Shown here one piece after another: positions 26,701 through 31,538 of a stretch of 31,538 nucleotides of DNA (positions within the stretch are counted from its first letter, which is position 1; each line of letters begins with the position of its first letter). Origin of the DNA: a virus (taxonomy: Duplodnaviria > Caudoviricetes); IMG/VR virus record IMGVR_UViG_3300006879_000014, positions 1 to 31,538 of that record, one strand, 5' to 3'. The notes below the pieces were generated by a model. That model was not told the origin of the DNA and searched no databases. It saw only the letters and a program-made list of their open reading frames with translations. The position numbers and the translations under genes are program-made.

Positions 26701-29700
26701 CAGGCATCTGAGTACCTCAAAGGCATGGGGATCCCCGGCGCGGAGACCATCAGCGAGATCACTGGTGAGACTAACTTCGTCGTGTGGGACAATGAAGTCA
26801 TGTCCCCCACCAACGTGCAGCAACAGGAGCACATGACTTCCCGCCTGCGACAGAGCAATAAGCGTCAGGGGGAGGGCGAGGTGTCCGCTGAGGACTTCCG
26901 TCGCTACCTGATGGAAGGCACGACAGGGGACGCGGCTGCGGACTCTGCAATGTACGTTGCGCGTCACGAGCTCTTCGCTCGGGCGTTCGAGCTGTACCTC
27001 ATGGAAGGGGAAGCCCCCTCTCGCGAGCTCCACGACTCAATGAACAAGATCTCCTCGTGGATGATCCAAGTCTACAAAGACGTTGCGACGCCTGACTCAC
27101 CGATAGATAACGCGGTGCGCGGAGTGTTCGACCGCCTGCTGGCGTCCGACGAAGAAATCGAAGCTGCCCACCAGCGTAAGAAATTGGCAGAGAAATTTGA
27201 AAGCGAGCTGGACGCTTTGACTCCTGAACAGAAAGCAGAGCGGGCCGCAGGCGAAGAGGGTGCCGTGGTCTCTGCGAAAGAGAAACTCCGCAGACGAGTG
27301 ATCAACTCCCTGAAGAGAATGCTGGACGCGGAGCGGAAAGGACAGCTCGCAGACATCGAGGACGAGATCCGCCCCCGCATCGAAAACATGAAAGTGAATG
27401 TCGCGAGACGGACTATTCAAGAAAGTATGCCTCTAGACAGAGGGGCAGTCCGGGCGTTGGTGGGGGAGATCAAGACCTCAAAGACCGGCACGGAATACGT
27501 CGCACTCCCTTCTGCTGTTCGAGGAATGACGATCCCGGGCGGCGAAGGGCTTGACCCTGACATCGCGGCACGAGCGCTGGGCTATACCTCCGGTGAGGAA
27601 ATGCTGACGGACATCGTCAACTCCCCGAACGAGAAGACCATGATCCGCGAAGAGGCGGAGGCTTTGCTCCGGGAAAGGCACGGAGATCCTGCGACCGACG
27701 GGTCGCTGGCCCTAATGGCGGAGAGTATTCTCGCCGATGAAATGGCAGCCCAAGTGCTCCTGAAGCGCCTGTCTACTCTGCGCAAGAGCGAGTCGGCAGA
27801 GACCCGCAGGCAGATGCGAGCGATGGCCTCCGAGAAAATCGGGGACATGAGCTACCGGGAGATTCGACCGATGACATACCGCCGGGCGGAAGTCAGGGCG
27901 GCCCGCGAGGCAGGAGAGGCCCACGCACGTGGGGACTCCGAAGCGGAGGCGGCGGCACTCACCCGACAGTTACTGGCGCACTACATGTTCACGGAGGCCC
28001 AGAAAGCGCGGGCGAAGAGCGAGAACATCCGAGCATGGTCGACCCGGTACGGGAAGTCCACTCTGCGCCGAGAGATCGCGAAGAGTGGTGGAGGTCACTT
28101 GGAACAGATCGACGCGACCTTGAGCCGATTCGAGCTGAGGAAGTCCGCCACCATGGCGCAGGTCGAGGCGAAGAACGAACAGCTGGTCAAGTGGGCCGAG
28201 GAACGCATGGAGAAATTCGGAGATGCTTTGGTGCTCACGCCCGAAGTGTTGGACGCGTCCTACGTGACCCACTGGAAAGACGTCCCGATCCGCGTACTGG
28301 AAGGGGTCCGAGACTCGGTGAAGAACATCGAGCACGTGGCCCGGTACAGTAACAAAGTGAGACTCGCAGAGGAGACCTTGGCCCTTGAAGACGTGGTGAC
28401 GAGGCTCACCTCCACATGGGAGCAGCTCCCGCAGAAACACACCGACTCCCCTCGTGAAGTCATCGAGAGAGGCCAAGGCCTCCGGAGGAAAGTAGCGTGG
28501 GGAATGGCGCAGATGACCAAGATGTCTTGGCTTACTAAGCGCCTCGACCTTGGTGACAACGCGGGCCTTTCACATGAGGTATTCATGCAGCCGTTCACGG
28601 AAGCGTGGGACCGCTCACAGAGACTGTACCGCGCGACCGGGCAGGTGGTGGTGGAGGCGTTGAGGAACCGCACGAAAGAAGACCTGAAGCGTCATCACAA
28701 AAAACTCTACATCCCCGAGATTGAAGAGAGCCTATACGGCCATCAGGTCCTCGCTGTGGCGCTGAACGTGGGGAACGAAGGCAACCTCAAGAAGCTCCTC
28801 CTTGGTGAGGGCTGGGCGCGCCCTGAGGACACAGACCTCCTGACTCTCGACAACCCGAAACTCCAAGCGGTCCTGAGCCACATGACTCGGTCTGACTGGG
28901 AACTCGTGCAGTTGGTCTGGGACCAAATGGAGCTCCTGTACCCGGACCTAGCCGAAGTGCACCAGCGATCCACAGGGCTCCCTCCTCCGAAGGTCGAGGC
29001 CTCGGTGGTGAAGACCGAGTTCGGCGAGTTCAGAGGGGGGTACTACCCGGTGAAGTACGACGCCATTCGGTCACAGAAAGCGGCGGACTTCCAAGAGCGT
29101 GCGGACGCGATGGCGGATTCTTGGTTCACTCCCGGCGGCATCCAAGCCTCGGTGGTGGCGAGCGCCACTGAAGCTCGGACAGGTTTCTACGCCCCCATTC
29201 GTCTGAGCCTAGACGTGGTGAGTTCTCACTTCGGCGAGACGATCCACTTCATCACTCACCACGATGCGGTGAAGCAGACTAATAGACTCATTCGCGACCC
29301 CAAGGTCATGAAGACGCTGCGAGAGAGAATCGGCCCCGAAGAGGCGGAACAGTTCATGCCTTGGCTCCGTGACATCGCGAAGCAGGGCCAAGAGGCCCCC
29401 ATGAAGACTTTCTTAGATGCCACGGTGCAGCACCTCACCACAGGGGCCACGCTAACGTACATGGGTTTCAAGATTTCCACGGTACTCCGCCAACTGCCCG
29501 GGTTCTCGAACTCGGCTGCGGAAGTCGGCTGGGGGAACATCGCCGAGGGGATCCGCCTAATGTTCCGCAGCACAGAGGACATGCAAAGCGGCATCGAATG
29601 GGCGATGGCCAACTCGAAGATCCTCCCTCACCGGGTGGCGAGCTTCGACCGGGAAGTCGCGAAAGCAATTCAGGACGCCGCGAGCAAGAAAAAGAGAAGC

Positions 29701-30474
29701 CCTCTCGATCCGATCAGGGACGTAGCGCTCCTGTCCATCGGGCTGATCGACATGTACGCTCTCAGCCTCCCAACTTGGTACGGTGCGTACCTCAAAGAGA
29801 TCAAGGCCTCGGGCGACGAAGCGAAAGCGTTTAGGTACGCGGACGCGGCGGTGGAGATGACGCAAGGTACCGCGAGGATCGCGGACACTGCCGCCCTCAT
29901 GCGCAACAACAACAGGGTGCACCGAAGTCTCACCATGTTCATGTCCTACTTCTCAGCGCTTTGGAACCAGATCCGGGACATCCGAGAGGGCAACAAGGTG
30001 GGGTACTATGACACCATACAGACCGCGTCCAAGCTGGTGTTCGTGATCATGCTGCCCTCTCTCCTTGACTTGTGGATCGTGGGAGGGTTGTTTCCCGAAG
30101 AAGACGAAAGCTCGGGGGAGTGGGCAGCGCGGACTGCTGCATACATGGGCCTGTTCCCCTTCGCATCCGTCCCCGGCGTCAGGGACTTAGCGTCCTCGCT
30201 GGGCACTGGGTATGAGTACCGACTGTCTCCGATCGAAGGCATCGTGGTTGACGGGCTCGATGGCCTCCTCGCGGTAGGCAGAGTTTTGACCGACGAAGAC
30301 GCGAAGCCCATGACCCGAGGGGAGGTCAAAGGGTTGGTGAGGTCCGCGATGGCGATCACACACATCCCCGGGGGGTCTCAGCTCACCTCTTCTCTCTTCC
30401 ACCTTTACGATGTGATGGAAGAGGGTGAGGACCTGACGTTCCAAGGCATGGCTTATGGCAAACGCGGGGAATAA
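20800..30474 (+). CDS. Giant polyvalent internal virion/ejection protein (3224 aa) with GNAT-like, CmoA-like, HDxxGH, metallopeptidase and ADP-ribosyltransferase-like modules
   Basis: Single 9.7-kb ORF between ejection genes and tail fibre. N-terminal Gly/Ala hydrophobic segments; C-terminal FRGGYYPVKYD and TMFMSYFS region with hydrophobic helices; internal enzyme motifs (see findings). Confidence 0.9.
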   Translation: MFENLDTTGVNWDLFDEEESPQEDGLLLEEEQTVGDPLEMAPETLEPNVPPEKEIVDGLEDMTRAAATKDVDEYSRLLDLSRRTGVPPGAFERDPALARQFEAASEEEVLAAHSLATHHPETARLLANNPDLGIPAFGEYGVINSIGETFRGLGREIGYMVDQRNIGLRLSQWREHEFLDPDTSKHANPYSGSISSDIQMRLLGQDLLVSDLLTEQGLDPDDESLYPKTPEEFDKMRAKALRDYSQKWQETEEKVVNVTPADLNLVQQGLRMGVAGLATEGPAMVASLIPFAGTALGTAMTYHNSYGDHYGRGYSTFLEQGMEESVAAERAESYARTAATIDGATSIIPLGAFGRVFGGAPGRQAYQRTVGTATTAVGEKIGGKAGEFLVRRGAANVARGSVPLASQTIRTRIKDHLATFLLSSGIGMQVDALLLGLNDTWNEIDEEAHRMMSEGDLAGWAHHQLDKQLIALVASTISDGSFALAGAGAGKARDLLFLKKEDAPATPEASDTPDSLDTSDTPETPETPETPRDIRDRDPRVGELMDSVARSKMAKRSPEALLQTTKSLGGDDITIVLDRDAATEYLATKTREEIESDTSLRMIQERLQNSQDEGTDVTMTGTEFVTQVAVTEHARALHHALTTEEGGISPFREARNLGEAMEDLITASRENAQLAREVQDVTSRVKNDLISSGRYSKVEANTMGQVVAAYVIAKARAANITPEEALTRGGNFLRILGPMSGRPTEATRVLTQKGGELSFSQMDDSARARRLFTKLQNEAVDSLGDGRERFTEKQTSSSLKGARMFISEDQKSGFAIDSEGEIVGMFKHREASHSSVLEEALSHARAHGATKFTGFEVEALQKKIKDGGFVEVSRESFDPEAAPTGWDTETQGTPDRVTYEPRQDATGEETMGFFEGVARGEHGRPDEVKFMPQMRELSETISDPETRFGRFHQEYVRHSGHFDDHIAQSIPGYRDFQYAIGIGLLETLKGGGTFLDIGASQGTQAKSLSSLSGGKILTVSLDPNLGMKDTFNSISQVEGARFEHGALGFYPYQRAGEIAWTESDGTPVRYWDNKGETFDVVHEAMTFQFISPDRRAHIARTKELLAEDGIAIFQEKVVTEDAEWQAHEAAKDSFKKETFSEKDMQEKAETVLTGMKANQVHEAELVAELRRHFKYVAQIWDSGNFKGYAASDSESKVINLMNNTPDTKTKWDTRNRGVKTSGERQADGSLVGLPRIRGAAHNPAVAAVAEAYMQGAGMPYDPPAHYAQVNVSWAEEIARLYGEMEHAPNDPVVKAAYDAMIEETLAQYEVMLDSGVQIEIMDMTKGDAYGGDPRKAIEDVRDNNHLYIFGTKDGYGPDTVLDPSDNPMVRETRYTDVNGVPLLANDVFRAVHDYFGHAKEGVGFRAAGEENAWRAHAAMYSPLARRAMTAETRGQNSWVNYGPHGEHNRTATDDTIYADQKVGLLPEWVSEAGRNDDNLPTPIMRQSFTRQLSPEDSPGKLYQRSEAEAYPLVEHEVRFSPALEAIREGDSPESATPKEWREWIQERVTLGEISDSEARWLGVGPELRGQRGAISKDEISALIESTMQTETVETETFTDLMDATEVIEARASSIGEARALAKEALIRGVEALTLTGEPSPEAVAWLKGLGLKETTVARGVVDSSEQPIFSAYEMTDRAKEAILASGIFFQRADSPEIRGYYEPDNNLIRLTDSANLSTFLHEFAHFMLEAEASGSETDLRVTKWLFDNAEAGATETNSILNELADPELHQKAYHASTRILNEFSVEAASREEGFGGGSHWGVHFTKTESMAEWYREAAKSKEGRGEVTPAEIPDSEVLLQGGKSVDEQSPWVRERLLTVFDMFAPRGPAKGYMMDGVLAEPGSPAYRAAELLANLGKEDAVKEQAQRIKWAKEDGDAQRVDALEGQMQILEAAFSSEIVQGDLTRQPGEMSADDFYNYMALKLGGRQQASEYLKGMGIPGAETISEITGETNFVVWDNEVMSPTNVQQQEHMTSRLRQSNKRQGEGEVSAEDFRRYLMEGTTGDAAADSAMYVARHELFARAFELYLMEGEAPSRELHDSMNKISSWMIQVYKDVATPDSPIDNAVRGVFDRLLASDEEIEAAHQRKKLAEKFESELDALTPEQKAERAAGEEGAVVSAKEKLRRRVINSLKRMLDAERKGQLADIEDEIRPRIENMKVNVARRTIQESMPLDRGAVRALVGEIKTSKTGTEYVALPSAVRGMTIPGGEGLDPDIAARALGYTSGEEMLTDIVNSPNEKTMIREEAEALLRERHGDPATDGSLALMAESILADEMAAQVLLKRLSTLRKSESAETRRQMRAMASEKIGDMSYREIRPMTYRRAEVRAAREAGEAHARGDSEAEAAALTRQLLAHYMFTEAQKARAKSENIRAWSTRYGKSTLRREIAKSGGGHLEQIDATLSRFELRKSATMAQVEAKNEQLVKWAEERMEKFGDALVLTPEVLDASYVTHWKDVPIRVLEGVRDSVKNIEHVARYSNKVRLAEETLALEDVVTRLTSTWEQLPQKHTDSPREVIERGQGLRRKVAWGMAQMTKMSWLTKRLDLGDNAGLSHEVFMQPFTEAWDRSQRLYRATGQVVVEALRNRTKEDLKRHHKKLYIPEIEESLYGHQVLAVALNVGNEGNLKKLLLGEGWARPEDTDLLTLDNPKLQAVLSHMTRSDWELVQLVWDQMELLYPDLAEVHQRSTGLPPPKVEASVVKTEFGEFRGGYYPVKYDAIRSQKAADFQERADAMADSWFTPGGIQASVVASATEARTGFYAPIRLSLDVVSSHFGETIHFITHHDAVKQTNRLIRDPKVMKTLRERIGPEEAEQFMPWLRDIAKQGQEAPMKTFLDATVQHLTTGATLTYMGFKISTVLRQLPGFSNSAAEVGWGNIAEGIRLMFRSTEDMQSGIEWAMANSKILPHRVASFDREVAKAIQDAASKKKRSPLDPIRDVALLSIGLIDMYALSLPTWYGAYLKEIKASGDEAKAFRYADAAVEMTQGTARIADTAALMRNNNRVHRSLTMFMSYFSALWNQIRDIREGNKVGYYDTIQTASKLVFVIMLPSLLDLWIVGGLFPEEDESSGEWAARTAAYMGLFPFASVPGVRDLASSLGTGYEYRLSPIEGIVVDGLDGLLAVGRVLTDEDAKPMTRGEVKGLVRSAMAITHIPGGSQLTSSLFHLYDVMEEGEDLTFQGMAYGKRGE
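22315..22392 (+). repeat. 9-bp-period repeat (ACTCCGGAA) encoding a TPE/TPD linker
   Basis: ACTCCGGAA three times in tandem at 22360-22386, plus degenerate copies upstream. Confidence 0.85.
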
Positions 30475-30509
30475 TTGCTATTCTCTGCTAAACTTATGAG
30501 GACTTTTGA

Positions 30510-31538
30510 ATGACAATCTCAGCCAATTCCCATCTAATGTCGGGCCCCTACGAAGGCAACGGGACGACCACCAGCTTCCCTTTTAGCTTCCGGGCCTTCG
30601 GCGTTCCCCAGTACATCGCGGTCTGGGTGAGAGACGAGACCACCGGCGAGGATGCGGTCCTCTTGGAGCACGGGGCGGACTACACCTTCACACAGAACGT
30701 ATACTCTGAGACCGGGACGGTGCATCTGCTCCCCACCGGAGACTACCCGACTCTACCCGAGGGCCACTTGCTGGCGATCGCTGCCGTGTTCCCTGAGTCC
30801 CAAGAGATCGCGTTCCGGGCAGCGGAGAGATTCTTCGCGCAGAACCACGAGATCGCGTATGACTACACGGTGAGCTTGATCAAGCAGCTCCGCCGTGACA
30901 TTTCTCGCGTAATCGAGTTCCCAGAAGATCCTTTCTCCACGCCCTCATTCACGATTAACGGGATGACTATCGAGGAGTACATCAAGCAGATCGCGGATCG
31001 AGAAGCCGATAAGCTCTTGAGCCCTAAAGACATCATCTACATTGATTCGCCTACTTACGCTCTGACGGAAGAGAGTCACAGGCAGATTTACATTGTTAGA
31101 TCTGAGTGTACTATTTTTGTGCCAGCAGGAATGCCTCCCGGCTGGACGTGCGATTTCCAGAGAGCCGGCCTCGGGGCAGTCAGGTTCAGTCCCCCAGCGG
31201 GGATGCAATGGTGGTCAGTGGACATCGCGAAATCAATTCAGCACCGATATGCGTGGGCGAACCTGACTTGCATTGAGTCTAACATCATGAGTCTGTCGGG
31301 CGACGTTTACGGCGTGGGCTATGAGCCGGATGACCCCGTAGACCCGGGCACTCCCGGAGAGCCGGGAGAGTTCTTTGCGAGCGGCGGGGAGTGGTTCTAC
31401 ACGCCTGTCGATAATGATGACTTGCGAGAGAAAATGGAGCTCTGGGATGTCCCTGAGTTCGCGAATGACCCCCACGCTCTTGTGTCTTTTGAGGATTCCA
31501 AAGGGGTTGAGAGAGAGATTCCGGCGAACAATATCTAC
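30510..31538 (+). CDS. Tail fibre/spike protein, N-terminal part (runs off the right edge)
   Basis: GAGGA RBS; MTIS...GPYEGNGTTTSFPFSF...GADYT...HEIAYDY..SLIKQL matches the T7 gp17-like anchor domain; open for 343 codons to the window end. Confidence 0.88.
   Translation, partial: MTISANSHLMSGPYEGNGTTTSFPFSFRAFGVPQYIAVWVRDETTGEDAVLLEHGADYTFTQNVYSETGTVHLLPTGDYPTLPEGHLLAIAAVFPESQEIAFRAAERFFAQNHEIAYDYTVSLIKQLRRDISRVIEFPEDPFSTPSFTINGMTIEEYIKQIADREADKLLSPKDIIYIDSPTYALTEESHRQIYIVRSECTIFVPAGMPPGWTCDFQRAGLGAVRFSPPAGMQWWSVDIAKSIQHRYAWANLTCIESNIMSLSGDVYGVGYEPDDPVDPGTPGEPGEFFASGGEWFYTPVDNDDLREKMELWDVPEFANDPHALVSFEDSKGVEREIPANNIY

Noticed and set aside
22044-27033. Long antisense ORFs (358 aa at 22044-23120; 432 aa at 25735-27033)
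   Set aside because: Expected by-products of codon bias in a GC-rich giant gene; no RBS or recognisable motifs.

Overview
This window is part of a tailed-phage (podovirus-type) genome, organised like epsilon15/phiV10/BPP-1. Positions 1-6930 hold a leftward early arm of about 16 short, mostly hypothetical genes. It is driven by five sigma70-type promoters (TTGAC[A/C]-17 nt-[C/T]A[T/G]AGT). Three of them sit in near-identical ~70-bp promoter+operator+RBS+ATG cassettes, and four share a TTGAC-N6-GTCAA palindrome over the -35. The first gene of the arm resembles a SAM lyase (T3 gp0.3/Svi3-3-like motifs); the last complete gene is an HTH regulator. A ~1-kb non-coding region (6935-7995) has origin/terminus-like features: an AT-rich core between ~40-bp inverted repeats, ACACG-GGAA-CGTGT hairpin iterons and G-tracts. 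The rightward late module runs TerS, TerL, small virion protein, portal, scaffold, major capsid, cement, tail tubular A/B, three smaller internal virion proteins, a 3224-aa ejection protein and a truncated tail fibre. The most striking element is the 3224-aa protein. Its ejection-protein scaffold carries a block of enzyme-like modules: GNAT-like, CmoA (carboxy-SAM synthase)-like SAM-binding, HDxxGH putative metalloenzyme, and an HExxH metallopeptidase interrupted by an ADP-ribosyltransferase-like domain. With the early SAM-lyase-like gene, this suggests a two-stage attack on host SAM-dependent defences. All family assignments come from motif recognition by eye and recalled family sequences; no database search was run.
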